This document shows, piece by piece, positions 24,336 to 33,454 of a stretch of 44,492 nt of DNA (position 1 is the first letter of the stretch; each line of letters begins with the position of its first letter). The position numbers and the translations under genes are program-made. Origin of the DNA: a virus. The notes under the pieces were generated by a model, which made no database searches, had not been told where the DNA came from, and was given only the letters and a program-made list of their open reading frames with translations. The stretch is taken from the IMG/VR virus record IMGVR_UViG_3300045988_109867, positions 1 to 44,492 of that record, one strand, 5' to 3'.

Positions 24336-25484
24336 CTATTCTACGGGCGTAGGTGCCATTTCTGCATGGACTATTGCCTTATCATCTACAACACCAACAT
24401 CAAATCTCTGGACAACTCTTAACCATGTAGCATACTGCTTAAATCCAGCTTCATCAGACTTGGCTATTTCTGTACCTAGCTTGTCATAGAATGTTATAAA
24501 CTCTTCGAAATCTCCTATGTAGAATACTAGATTCTTGCTTGTCTTTGGCTGTATTTCCTCATCTGAGAAAACTTCTATTATCTTACCCTTAAGCATCTTC
24601 TTAGTTGGTTCTGTTAAGCATGGCTGTAATAATGGAAGTCCGTTACCATCCTTCTGCTTATCTAACCAGTCAAAACTTGTTTGGTTTGTTACTATTCTTG
24701 CGTTTTCTGCTATTGCTGGGTCTAGGTCTACATTAAGAATTGTTCCTATATCGTCTATTCCCTTTATTGTTTTAACAGATACTGCCTTTAACTTTTCTAT
24801 TATTAACTTATTTTCCGTTCTTACAGATGCCTTTGCAAATTCCGAACCTATAAAAGACATTATGTTTACATCTGTATCCTGTAGCAACTGCTTAGCAACT
24901 GGAAGCAATAAACCATAATCTTTTACAGCCCAATTCTTCTGTGCAAACTTTAAATCTTTTTCCTGTAAAGTGTCTAGTTCTTCGAAGTTTAGTAGTTCTA
25001 GCTTGTTATCTCCTTCTACGTTGTACTTTCCTGTTCTAGAATTTACCTTCTTAACTCTACATAAATCCTTTAAGCTTCTTCTTCTTCTCTTCCATTCCTT
25101 TATTTCTCTTTCCTGTTCTTCTGTTAAAAGGAATCCTCCTCTTTCGTTTACAGCTCCTAACTGTCCTGTTTCTGGACTAGCATTGGATATTAAATGCTTA
25201 TTAGCATATTCTTGTTCTGCTTCCGTTAGCTTCAAGCCGTTTAGGCACTTATTTAAAACTCTATTAGGCTTTACCTTTTCATCTTTTTCCACTGCATTTC
25301 CATTTTTTGCAGCATTATTTATATCCAAAGCTTCTTCTGCCTCTGCTATCTTTAATTCTTTTGTTAAATTTGTTATTTCATCTGCTATTTTCATAGCATC
25401 ATCAAGCTTTCCTTCATTTTTTAAGTTCATCATGCTTAATGTCTTGTCATTTATTTTCTTTCTTAATTCTGTGGATAGTTTCAT
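24336..25484 (-). CDS. major capsid protein, HK97 fold, with an N-terminal coiled delta-like region
   Basis: 382 aa, immediately after the ClpP-type protease. Confidence 0.9.
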   Translation of the reverse strand: MKLSTELRKKINDKTLSMMNLKNEGKLDDAMKIADEITNLTKELKIAEAEEALDINNAAKNGNAVEKDEKVKPNRVLNKCLNGLKLTEAEQEYANKHLISNASPETGQLGAVNERGGFLLTEEQEREIKEWKRRRRSLKDLCRVKKVNSRTGKYNVEGDNKLELLNFEELDTLQEKDLKFAQKNWAVKDYGLLLPVAKQLLQDTDVNIMSFIGSEFAKASVRTENKLIIEKLKAVSVKTIKGIDDIGTILNVDLDPAIAENARIVTNQTSFDWLDKQKDGNGLPLLQPCLTEPTKKMLKGKIIEVFSDEEIQPKTSKNLVFYIGDFEEFITFYDKLGTEIAKSDEAGFKQYATWLRVVQRFDVGVVDDKAIVHAEMAPTPVE

Positions 25485-26299
25485 TATTCTTCATCTCCTT
25501 TTAAATTTTTTGCATTAAAAAACACACTCTCGATTAACATTTCTTTTTGCTTGTCTGTAAGTGTGTTTTCTTTCTTTTCTATTTTGTTTTTACTTGCCAT
25601 ACTGTCTACTTTTGCTTGTAAATCTTTAACTATTCTCTCTATTTCCAACTGGCTTATAGTGTTTTCTTCCTTTGGTTCTATTTCTATATTGTATTTTACT
25701 TCTTCTGGAATATTAGAATATTGTAAATTACTTGCACAATTTTTAACGGTTATTTCATCTGTTATTTCTACATTAAAATATTCTTTTGCCTGACTTCCTT
25801 TTAGCCATGTTTCTGCATCTATCATTTTGGATATTTCAGAATCCTCTACTTTAGCCTTACTCTTGTATGTATCTAATATTGCGGTTTGGATATTGTCTAG
25901 CACATCTGCCTGTTTTCTAAGGTCGTCTGCAGTTCCACTAGCATAGCAAGAAGGCTTGTGTATCATTAAATATGCATTGGTTGGCATTTTTATTTCATCG
26001 CATCCGAATGCTATAATACTGGCACTGGATGCTGCAATCCCATCTACTATGGCAGTTGTTTTTGCGTTATGGCTCTTTAATATATTAGATATTGCAATGC
26101 CCGCAAACACATCTCCACCTAAACTGTTTATTCTTACATTTACATCTTTATTCTCTAAGCCTTTTAGCATATCTCTTATGCTAGATGGATATGTATTGTA
26201 GTCATTTAAACCGTCCCAGTCCCATCGCCATGAGTCGTCTAAAATATCTCCAGATATTATTATTTCTGCATTATCTGCATTATTCTTTATTTGTATCAT
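25484..26299 (-). CDS. ClpP-like prohead protease (S14)
   Basis: Start moved to ATG 26299 (SD GGGAGGTG). Contains INSLGGDVFAGIAI...VDGIAASSASII...MIHKP. Confidence 0.9.
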   Translation of the reverse strand: MIQIKNNADNAEIIISGDILDDSWRWDWDGLNDYNTYPSSIRDMLKGLENKDVNVRINSLGGDVFAGIAISNILKSHNAKTTAIVDGIAASSASIIAFGCDEIKMPTNAYLMIHKPSCYASGTADDLRKQADVLDNIQTAILDTYKSKAKVEDSEISKMIDAETWLKGSQAKEYFNVEITDEITVKNCASNLQYSNIPEEVKYNIEIEPKEENTISQLEIERIVKDLQAKVDSMASKNKIEKKENTLTDKQKEMLIESVFFNAKNLKGDEE

Positions 26300-27536
26300 T
26301 TTTTTCTTCACCTCCCTTCGCATTGTTATACCTGTCATATGCCTTTCCTATTTCTTCTAATCTTACATAGGAACCATTAACCATAACAGTGTCCCCTTTA
26401 TCTATCTTCGGCATTCCTAAATAGTTTCTAGCTTCGTTAACCTGGTATACAGATGCCTGTACTAATCTTGCTAAGGAATCTGCCTGTGTCTTTAAATCTC
26501 CACGCAAAATAGAAGCTACGTTTATTTCAAAATTGTAGCCCTTGTTTCTTTCTTCTTCTGTTAGCATCTTGTAGTTAAATTCTTCTTCATATAGCGTTAT
26601 TATGTATAAAAGTGTATCTACATAGAATGTCAGATTCTGCATTTCACTGTTTGCATAACTAGATTTTTCATAATCGTTCAAATGGTTTGGTTTTATCCCA
26701 AATGCTGCTGCTATCTGCAATGCACTATATTTCTTCAATTCATAGAACTGGCTATCTGTAAGTTTTAAATCTAACGGTGTTATATCCATTCCAAAAGGTA
26801 ACGGTATAAATCTTTCACTGCCACTTGTAGAAAAAGTGCTTAGTTCTTCTACTAACTTCTTCTTTTTTGCTCTATCTAGATCCCCTGTATATTTAATAAT
26901 TGCATTTGCAGTTAATCCATTATCGTACAACTCATTCAAAAATTGAGAAGATTTTTTAGCACCATTAAAGGCTGTGTAAAGTGTCTCTCTTACAGACTTC
27001 CCAACTATTCCATCTTCGGATAGTCCACCTTTTAGATGCAATATCTCCTTGTCCGAGAATAGTATTGTCTTAGAACTATTGGGGATTTGGTACTCATAAA
27101 TAAAGGTATCTGCATTCATTATGTTGTCGTTGTCGATAATTATTTTCATTTGTGTTGGCTTTAATGGGTAGATACCTACAAGCTTTCCCTTGTTATCAAA
27201 TTTTAGCCATGCATAAGCATTTCCATAGTGGTTCCTATTGTATTCCATTAATGTTTTAAAAGTAGATGGAGACATATAAGGATTAGGTCTTGTTCTTAGA
27301 CATTTTAAAGAACTGTTGTTATAAACTTTGTTCCCGTCCCCGTCTTTTAGGTTTATAGAAAGCTTTCCCATGTTCTCTGCAAGGACTTTTAAGCAAGTGT
27401 AGTAGGTTATCTCCTGTATATCGTCAATGTCGCTCAGGGACTTTCCTGTAAGTTCAAAATAGGCATTTACATCTGACAATTTTCTTTCTTGTGGCACTTC
27501 TTCTCCAATATTAAATATTTTCTTTATTATTCCCAC
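26280..27536 (-). CDS. portal protein (HK97 family)
   Basis: 418 aa. GTG start with SD GGAGGTGG. Lies between the terminase and protease genes. Confidence 0.9.
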   Translation of the reverse strand: MGIIKKIFNIGEEVPQERKLSDVNAYFELTGKSLSDIDDIQEITYYTCLKVLAENMGKLSINLKDGDGNKVYNNSSLKCLRTRPNPYMSPSTFKTLMEYNRNHYGNAYAWLKFDNKGKLVGIYPLKPTQMKIIIDNDNIMNADTFIYEYQIPNSSKTILFSDKEILHLKGGLSEDGIVGKSVRETLYTAFNGAKKSSQFLNELYDNGLTANAIIKYTGDLDRAKKKKLVEELSTFSTSGSERFIPLPFGMDITPLDLKLTDSQFYELKKYSALQIAAAFGIKPNHLNDYEKSSYANSEMQNLTFYVDTLLYIITLYEEEFNYKMLTEEERNKGYNFEINVASILRGDLKTQADSLARLVQASVYQVNEARNYLGMPKIDKGDTVMVNGSYVRLEEIGKAYDRYNNAKGGEEKNDTNKE

Positions 27537-27610
27537 TTTTCCACCTCCTCTCTTTTTTGCATTAAAAAAAGACAGTTTAAAGACTTGCCTTTGGTCTAGT
27601 TTTTCTTGTT

Positions 27611-27862
27611 TTATATACCTATTGCTCTATTTTCTTCTTTAACATATATATCAAAGTATGTTTCCTGCTTGTCTCCATTCCTTGTAAACTCACAGTATCT
27701 ACCGTCGGAAATAGTTGTGCTCATTAAAATCTTGTTGTTTTGCAAGGTCTTGCAAGACCATACTACGTAAATATCTTCTAAACTTAAAGAAATATTAAAT
27801 TTTTCTTTATAATATCCTATTAAAAATTCTTTACATTTTTTTTGAAATTTATAACTATCCAT
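27611..27862 (-). CDS. hypothetical small protein between terminase and portal
   Basis: 83-aa ORF on the coding strand. Confidence 0.6.
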   Translation of the reverse strand: MDSYKFQKKCKEFLIGYYKEKFNISLSLEDIYVVWSCKTLQNNKILMSTTISDGRYCEFTRNGDKQETYFDIYVKEENRAIGI

Positions 27863-27949
27863 TATCTATTTTCTCCCTTCATTCTGTACACTTTTAATTC
27901 TTCTGTTTCTAGTGTTAGCTTTATTTTAAATTCTTTTTCCATTGTTTGC

Positions 27950-28114
27950 CTACTTCCCTACACAAATCTCTACCTTTGCAATAAGCTCTCCGTCTGTTCC
28001 TATATGAAACTCACAATCTCTAACATCTTTTATTTCTGTTCCATTTATTTTAAATTTTATTATTTCATTGCGTTCTTTATTGCATTCCCACTCTAGATTA
28101 TTTATATTTTCCAT
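27950..28114 (-). CDS. possible 54-aa ORF (below the track threshold)
   Basis: ATG 28114 to TAG 27950 fills the gap after terL. The SD is weak. Confidence 0.3.
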   Translation of the reverse strand: MENINNLEWECNKERNEIIKFKINGTEIKDVRDCEFHIGTDGELIAKVEICVGK

Positions 28115-28122
28115 TGTTTTAC

Positions 28123-29859
28123 CTACTTTCTTAAATTACTAATCATATCAAACCAGTCGTCTACATCCTCGTTTGCGTTGTATTTGTAGTTATCTTTGTT
28201 TAGGAAATATAATTTCCAAGCATCTATTACTGCATCTACAAGGTCTATTCTTCCGTTTTTCTTTTTATCTACCTTTATTTCTCCAAAACTATTAACATCT
28301 GTAGTTGCATTGCTACAAGACCATAAGAATAAAGCATCATTTCTGTTAAATTCTATTTGTTCTCCTTTTACAGAAAGCTTAAAGTCTACTGTTGCATCAT
28401 TTAGGCTTTTTGCGGACTGCACAATCTCTGTAAGGTCGCATCCCAAGAAATCCAAATCCGAAATAAAAGCTCCTGCATTATGTGGGTCATAGCCACAATC
28501 TATAAACTTCAAATTATATTTTTCTTTAATTTCTTTTAAGTATTGCACTATAAACTTATAATCTGTCTTTATTTCACTTGCCCCGTATGTTAAAGTTAAC
28601 AATCCTTTTTCTACCCACAACCTATAAGGGACTTTATCTGTTCTCTCATGCTCCAGTAATCTCTGGTTGGGCATAAATGAATGGCAATGTATAAATGCTT
28701 TATCTTCTGCAAGTGGGAATAATAAGGCTATACTTGTTAAATCACCGCCGCTAGATAAATCTATTCCTAAGTAACATTCTCTGCCTTCCATATCTTCTAG
28801 GGTCTTGTCAGACTTGCATTTTAATAGCTTGTCATGGTCTAGCAATAAGTTACCTGCATTTGTAACCCACATATTAAGGTCTTTAGTCATAAAGTTTACT
28901 AAATCTTCGCCCTGTTTTTCCTGTGCTGAATTATATTTTTCTCGCATTTTGTCTATCATTTCTTCGTTGTAGGTATCATCCGGATTCCATAAAACAAGTG
29001 GATTTGCCTTTGCCCATACTCTGTAGTCGGACAAGTCATCCTCTTCGTCTGGCTCGCAAATAAAAACGAATTGCGTTTCTTTTTTAAAATTCCCAAGCAC
29101 AACATTCTTGCACATTTGGTAATGTTGGTGGCAAGGTCCATCTATTGTAAATCCAGCAGTTGTTATAGAAAGAGTTAATGCACTAGGCACATTTTTCTGT
29201 CCATCGAACAGCAAAGAATACATTTGATTTGTTTGATGAGCATGATACTCATCTACAACAGATAACACTGTACGGAAACCATCTAAAGACTTTGTATCTC
29301 TACCAACAGATTTAATCTCTGTCCCAGTTACAAGGCTCTTAATAGTTTTGATGTGATCCGTTATTTTATACAATTCAAAAATGTTTTTATCTGCTCTTAT
29401 AAACTTTGCTATTTCATTCCAAACAATGTTAGCCTGGTCTTGTTTAGTTGCTCCTAGAAGGATTCTACCTTCCTTGTACTTCGTAAATGTGGACCAGTTT
29501 ATACCTTCTATTCCACTTAAAAAAGACTTACCATTCTGTCTACCAATCTGAATGTAAGCCTCTTTAAATCTGTTTGTATTATTATTTTTTTTAAACCAAC
29601 CATGTAGGTTACCAATTATAAAGTCTTGGAATCCCCTAGTCTTTAAAGGTTTAGATTCTTCCCCTTCCATTATGGTTAGTGTGTTTGCTATGTCTATAAA
29701 CTTTTCTGCTTCTTCTACATCAAAGTAATATTCAAAGTCATCTTTCTCTTGCCGTTCCAAGTCCTCTATAAACCTTTTACAACAAGCTATTTCGGTTTTC
29801 CCTTTTAATATTTTCCCATTTACTACCTTTTTGGCATATTCTAAAGCTCTGTTTTGCAT
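28123..29859 (-). CDS. terL: terminase large subunit
   Basis: 578 aa. Walker B-like VVDEYHAH. The C-terminal nuclease half is typical of Terminase_1. Confidence 0.95.
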   Translation of the reverse strand: MQNRALEYAKKVVNGKILKGKTEIACCKRFIEDLERQEKDDFEYYFDVEEAEKFIDIANTLTIMEGEESKPLKTRGFQDFIIGNLHGWFKKNNNTNRFKEAYIQIGRQNGKSFLSGIEGINWSTFTKYKEGRILLGATKQDQANIVWNEIAKFIRADKNIFELYKITDHIKTIKSLVTGTEIKSVGRDTKSLDGFRTVLSVVDEYHAHQTNQMYSLLFDGQKNVPSALTLSITTAGFTIDGPCHQHYQMCKNVVLGNFKKETQFVFICEPDEEDDLSDYRVWAKANPLVLWNPDDTYNEEMIDKMREKYNSAQEKQGEDLVNFMTKDLNMWVTNAGNLLLDHDKLLKCKSDKTLEDMEGRECYLGIDLSSGGDLTSIALLFPLAEDKAFIHCHSFMPNQRLLEHERTDKVPYRLWVEKGLLTLTYGASEIKTDYKFIVQYLKEIKEKYNLKFIDCGYDPHNAGAFISDLDFLGCDLTEIVQSAKSLNDATVDFKLSVKGEQIEFNRNDALFLWSCSNATTDVNSFGEIKVDKKKNGRIDLVDAVIDAWKLYFLNKDNYKYNANEDVDDWFDMISNLRK

Positions 29860-30305
29860 TATATGTATTTCAAGAATGGATTATCTTCCTTCTTGTCTCC
29901 CTTTGGAACTACAAGTCTAAGTCTATCCGAGATGGCTAGTCCTAACTTCCCACTACACTGCATTATAGTTTCTACTTGCATTTTCTGTAATCTATAATAC
30001 TTTGGCTTTAGTTCCATGTCCATTTCTCTTAAGTCTTTTGTTATTTCTATATACTGTGAATATGCCTGTGTGTATACAGCTAAGACAGATAAGTCTAAGT
30101 TATCTAGGAGGTTTAGTTCTGTATCTTGTAGCTCCTTAACAACTCTCTTAAACTCTTTTTTTGCGTCTTTATCTAACCAAGTAGGTGGTTTTAAATCGCA
30201 CTTGGTTTTTAACTTTTTTTCAAGCTCTTTTTTTTCTTTTATTTTTTCTTTTCCAATCTTTCCTGTACTAACAACAGATAATTTGGGTGGTCTCCCTCGT
30301 GCCAT
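29859..30305 (-). CDS. terS: terminase small subunit (P27 family-like)
   Basis: MARGRPPK N-terminus, 148 aa. Its stop overlaps the terL start. Confidence 0.8.
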   Translation of the reverse strand: MARGRPPKLSVVSTGKIGKEKIKEKKELEKKLKTKCDLKPPTWLDKDAKKEFKRVVKELQDTELNLLDNLDLSVLAVYTQAYSQYIEITKDLREMDMELKPKYYRLQKMQVETIMQCSGKLGLAISDRLRLVVPKGDKKEDNPFLKYI

Positions 30306-30617
30306 TTTATCAACTCCTTTCTTAGTCTAATTGTAAAATTCAGGAGGCATCTTTTTTTGTCTTTATATTTAAAGGTGTAATAATATGTTTTTTATTTTTA
30401 AGGAGGTATATTTTTTTAAATCAGAAATGCATTTTTTTGATGCCCCTCAATTTTACAATTATTCTTTTTTCTGTTTTCCCAAAGTTTCTTGTTTTTTGCC
30501 AATCTGTTTTTTGCTAATTTCTGGCATTCTCGAGAGAAACCTCCAGATGTGGTCTATAAGGAGTTAGGTTTAAACAATTTTTCCCTCCCCCTTCCCCTAC
30601 TGTAAGGGTATAGCCCC

Positions 30618-31016
30618 TTACACGCTAGAGAAGTGTGTAATTATTTTTTGTAACAGACTTTGCAGCTCAGCCTTGGCTGTCCCTCCCAGGCTATATATTG
30701 TTTCTATTTCTTTATGGCTACTGTTAGACAAAGGAATTAGATTGTCCTCCACATAAGCAAGGTCTGGTCTTTCTCTGTACGGAATAATATGGTGTACCAT
30801 ATCCGCCTTTACCATCTCCCCCTTAGTGTAATATATATATAAATCTATTGGATGTTTTTTCCTTACTGCTTGGCTAAGCTTGGTCCACCTAGCCCCTCCA
30901 TAGAAATCTCTATGCTCTTTAGTTCTTTGTGGTGGTGTGTATGCTTCCTCACACTCCTTACATCTTATTTGGTTAACTGGTATCTTTTTACCGCATCTAC
31001 ATAATTTAGTTAGCAT
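30618..31016 (-). CDS. HNH endonuclease (packaging-associated)
   Basis: N-terminal CxxC...CxxC, then HHIIPYRE...NLIPLSNSSH. Position just upstream of terS. Confidence 0.85.
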   Translation of the reverse strand: MLTKLCRCGKKIPVNQIRCKECEEAYTPPQRTKEHRDFYGGARWTKLSQAVRKKHPIDLYIYYTKGEMVKADMVHHIIPYRERPDLAYVEDNLIPLSNSSHKEIETIYSLGGTAKAELQSLLQKIITHFSSV

Positions 31017-31131
31017 ATCTATCCCCCTTTTATTTGCCTACCCTTATAGATTATACAAGGAGTACCCTCCCGTTTATTAATCGGTACCCCCTATATATAA
31101 TCCGCTATAATAGTAGTCTAACACACAAAGT

Positions 31132-31227
31132 GTATCCATTTTGTATCCATTTTGTATCCATTTTGTATCCATTTTGTATCCAAAGTGTATCCAAAGTGTG
31201 TAACCTGTATCCACAGATTTATCCACA
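31132..31227. repeat. phased GTATCCA array (6 copies at exact 11-bp spacing plus 3 irregular) ending in a perfect DnaA box
   Basis: GTATCCA starts at 31132, 31143, 31154, 31165, 31176 and 31187. A degenerate copy lies at 31198. GTATCCACA is at 31207-31215 and TTATCCACA at 31219-31227. Confidence 0.85.
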
Positions 31228-31247
31228 ACTAAGCTACACCCCTTGAT

Positions 31248-31643
31248 TTAACTGGCTTCATAATTTTCTAATACATTTCTAAAGATATCTACCAGTTTAT
31301 CTTTGTCTGTGTAGTACTTCTTTCTGCTTATGCATAACCTCCTTGCTATATTAGACTTACTATCCCTACAGTTAGTAACATACTGTGCATTAAATAATCT
31401 CTTTAGGTCTGCGTCTAACTGGCTAAGAGTCATGTCTATAAGTTTTTTCTGTAGTTCTTGCATTCTTAACCTGTAGTTTAATTTAGCTAACTTCTTCTCT
31501 TTGTTTATAACTGCATCTGCCGTTGGATCTCCTGTATGATTAGGTGCCCCTGGCATTCCACTATAATCTATTGCTTTTATATTCCCTATGTTATCTTCTG
31601 TATCTTTTATCTCTATCTTTATTCTCTCTATCTCTATTGGCAT
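31248..31643 (-). CDS. ArpU/RinA-like late-gene transcriptional regulator (start codon uncertain)
   Basis: About 130 aa, last gene before the packaging module, with a C-terminal HTH-like segment (IARRLCISRKKYYTDK). ATG 31643 lacks an SD. A GGAGGG sits at 31698-31703 with an open frame downstream. Confidence 0.6.
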   Translation of the reverse strand: MPIEIERIKIEIKDTEDNIGNIKAIDYSGMPGAPNHTGDPTADAVINKEKKLAKLNYRLRMQELQKKLIDMTLSQLDADLKRLFNAQYVTNCRDSKSNIARRLCISRKKYYTDKDKLVDIFRNVLENYEAS

Positions 31644-31747
31644 TCTACAGTATCTATATAGAATAGCCTCTGTTTGTGCATATGTTAAAATAACAATCCC
31701 TCCTCATAGTAGTATCCTTTTTCTAAAAAGGTACTACCTATTGGTAT

Positions 31748-31905
31748 TCTTTACTTTACTTTACTTTACTTTACTTTACTTTGTTCATTATTGTATGCAG
31801 AAACCCTAGTTGAACGGAGTTATTGCATACATAAACCCCACCTGAGTCGAGTTATTGTATACAGAAACTCCATTCAATCGAGTTATTGTATGCATTAATT
31901 AACTT
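31748..31905. repeat. intergenic copy of the phage ori-like array: (TTTAC)n tract plus four TTGTATGCAGAAAC-like iterons at 31-32 bp spacing
   Basis: Iteron starts at 31791, 31823, 31855 and 31886. About 150 bp is closely similar to 38097-38270 in the same orientation. Confidence 0.8.
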
Positions 31906-32041
31906 AATCCAGTAGCTCTTCTTCTCCTACAAAGCTATAGAATCCCCACAATCTATACTTATTATCCTTAATCTCTAGCACTCTTCTCTCTGTTTGTGGT
32001 GTCTTTATATGTCTTACTATGTCCCCTATCTTGTACTTCAT
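31904..32041 (-). CDS. possible 45-aa ORF (MKYKIGDIVRH...), below the track threshold
   Basis: The ATG lies 1 nt after the upstream TAG and the ORF is open to TAA 31904. The KIGD-type small beta motif is common in phage early genes. Confidence 0.4.
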   Translation of the reverse strand: MKYKIGDIVRHIKTPQTERRVLEIKDNKYRLWGFYSFVGEEELLD

Positions 32042-32042
32042 T

Positions 32043-32270
32043 CTATCTATTACCTACCTTTCTTCCGCCCCAGTTTCTTATTATCTGCCAGTCTACTATT
32101 ACTCCATTTGTTCTAATAAATCCAGCTTCCTTTGTTTCTTTTATTTCTAGATCTAGATTTGTTACTTCTCTTTTTATTGTTCCACCGTCTAATCTTTGGA
32201 ATGCATAGATCTTATACTTATGTTTCTTTGCAAGTTCTAATGCGTCCATGTATAGTTTTAATAAATTCAT
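32043..32270 (-). CDS. hypothetical early protein
   Basis: 75-aa ORF in operon register. Confidence 0.55.
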   Translation of the reverse strand: MNLLKLYMDALELAKKHKYKIYAFQRLDGGTIKREVTNLDLEIKETKEAGFIRTNGVIVDWQIIRNWGGRKVGNR

Positions 32271-32285
32271 TTTTCTAATCCTCCT

Positions 32286-32585
32286 TTACTTGCTCCACAT
32301 ATAATAAATTTCTTCGTCTTCTTCAATGTCTAAGTCAGGAATCCATTCGCTAACTATTTCATCTTTGTTAGAGAATGGAATATCATCTAATTCATTAATT
32401 TGTATTTCTTGTAAATAGATAAAACTGTCAATCGGAAGTCCATCTTCATTTACATATAGTTCTTCAACTTCGCCTTTCATATTTTCTAAATCTTTGAGGG
32501 CTTCTTCTCTTGTTGTGAAAAAATTTCCCTCTATATTTTCATCATAAGATACATAACAAAGTCTGTATAGTTTGTCTATTTTCAT
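32286..32585 (-). CDS. hypothetical early protein (acidic)
   Basis: 99-aa ORF with an SD. Confidence 0.6.
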   Translation of the reverse strand: MKIDKLYRLCYVSYDENIEGNFFTTREEALKDLENMKGEVEELYVNEDGLPIDSFIYLQEIQINELDDIPFSNKDEIVSEWIPDLDIEEDEEIYYMWSK

Positions 32586-32604
32586 CGTTAATCCCTCCTA
32601 TACT

Positions 32605-32925
32605 TTAAATCTTAATCCACATATAGTAGGCATCCTCGGAATCCCATGTCATTTTTTCATTCTTATTTTTTAAATTTTTCGCATCAAGTTCTGCCAGTTC
32701 AAATCTCATTTCAAGATATTTTTCAGATTCGTATAATGTAGTATTTACGACGTAATAAAAATGAATGACCGCTTGAGAAATCAAGCTTCCCGACCAATCA
32801 TATGTTTTTCTTGATAATTCCACAATCACCTTTCCTGCTTGAAATTCTATTTTAAAGTCACGTACATTATTAAAATCTAAATTTTTTAATATCGTTTCTT
32901 TTAGTGTTATTTCTCTTTCATTCAT
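32605..32925 (-). CDS. hypothetical early protein
   Basis: Start moved to ATG 32925 (SD GGAGG). Confidence 0.6.
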   Translation of the reverse strand: MNEREITLKETILKNLDFNNVRDFKIEFQAGKVIVELSRKTYDWSGSLISQAVIHFYYVVNTTLYESEKYLEMRFELAELDAKNLKNKNEKMTWDSEDAYYMWIKI

Positions 32926-32927
32926 AA

Positions 32928-33206
32928 TCAATCCTCCAAACATATTTCTTTAAAATATGGTAACTCTTCTATCCAGTCACAAACATCGTGCCACTCGTAT
33001 AACTTATGATTCTTTCGTGCGTGATAGATATTCAACAACACTTCGTAATTCATTGTGACTGTTCGTTTTTGGTTGTAACTTGACGGTAACAATTCTATCA
33101 TCGCTCTCCAGTATTGTTTGTCTTTTGTTTCGTTGAATTTATTTCTTAAAACATTTAATCTGCTTTTTACTTCTTCTATTTCCTTTTCTATTTCTTTAAT
33201 GCCCAT
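32928..33206 (-). CDS. hypothetical early protein
   Basis: 92 aa. One of only three genes ending in TGA. Confidence 0.6.
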   Translation of the reverse strand: MGIKEIEKEIEEVKSRLNVLRNKFNETKDKQYWRAMIELLPSSYNQKRTVTMNYEVLLNIYHARKNHKLYEWHDVCDWIEELPYFKEICLED

Positions 33207-33441
33207 AATTATTATCCTCCTGTAATATTAACCAACCTATATACTTTCTTGCTTTCTCTAGATCCTCTACTCCGTTTTTCTTGTATGCTCTAAGGATATA
33301 TTTTATTGCATTGCCGTATAAGAATCCTTTGTACTGTTCTTTTCCCATAACTTCTTGCATTATATCTTTAACTTCTAGGTCTACCCCCTTAATGTTTAAC
33401 TTATAATGGTTTGGCTTTATATTATTTGTTTCTTCTTTCAT
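33196..33441 (-). CDS. DUF3310-like small phage protein
   Basis: NHYK...DI...F..GNAIKYILRA.KK....DLEKA..YI pattern. Confidence 0.75.
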   Translation of the reverse strand: MKEETNNIKPNHYKLNIKGVDLEVKDIMQEVMGKEQYKGFLYGNAIKYILRAYKKNGVEDLEKARKYIGWLILQEDNNYGH

Positions 33442-33454
33442 CTATTATTCCTCC

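Noticed and set aside
28956-29141. 61-aa minus-strand ORF inside terL
   Set aside because: It is an alternative frame of the terminase large-subunit gene and has no independent signals.
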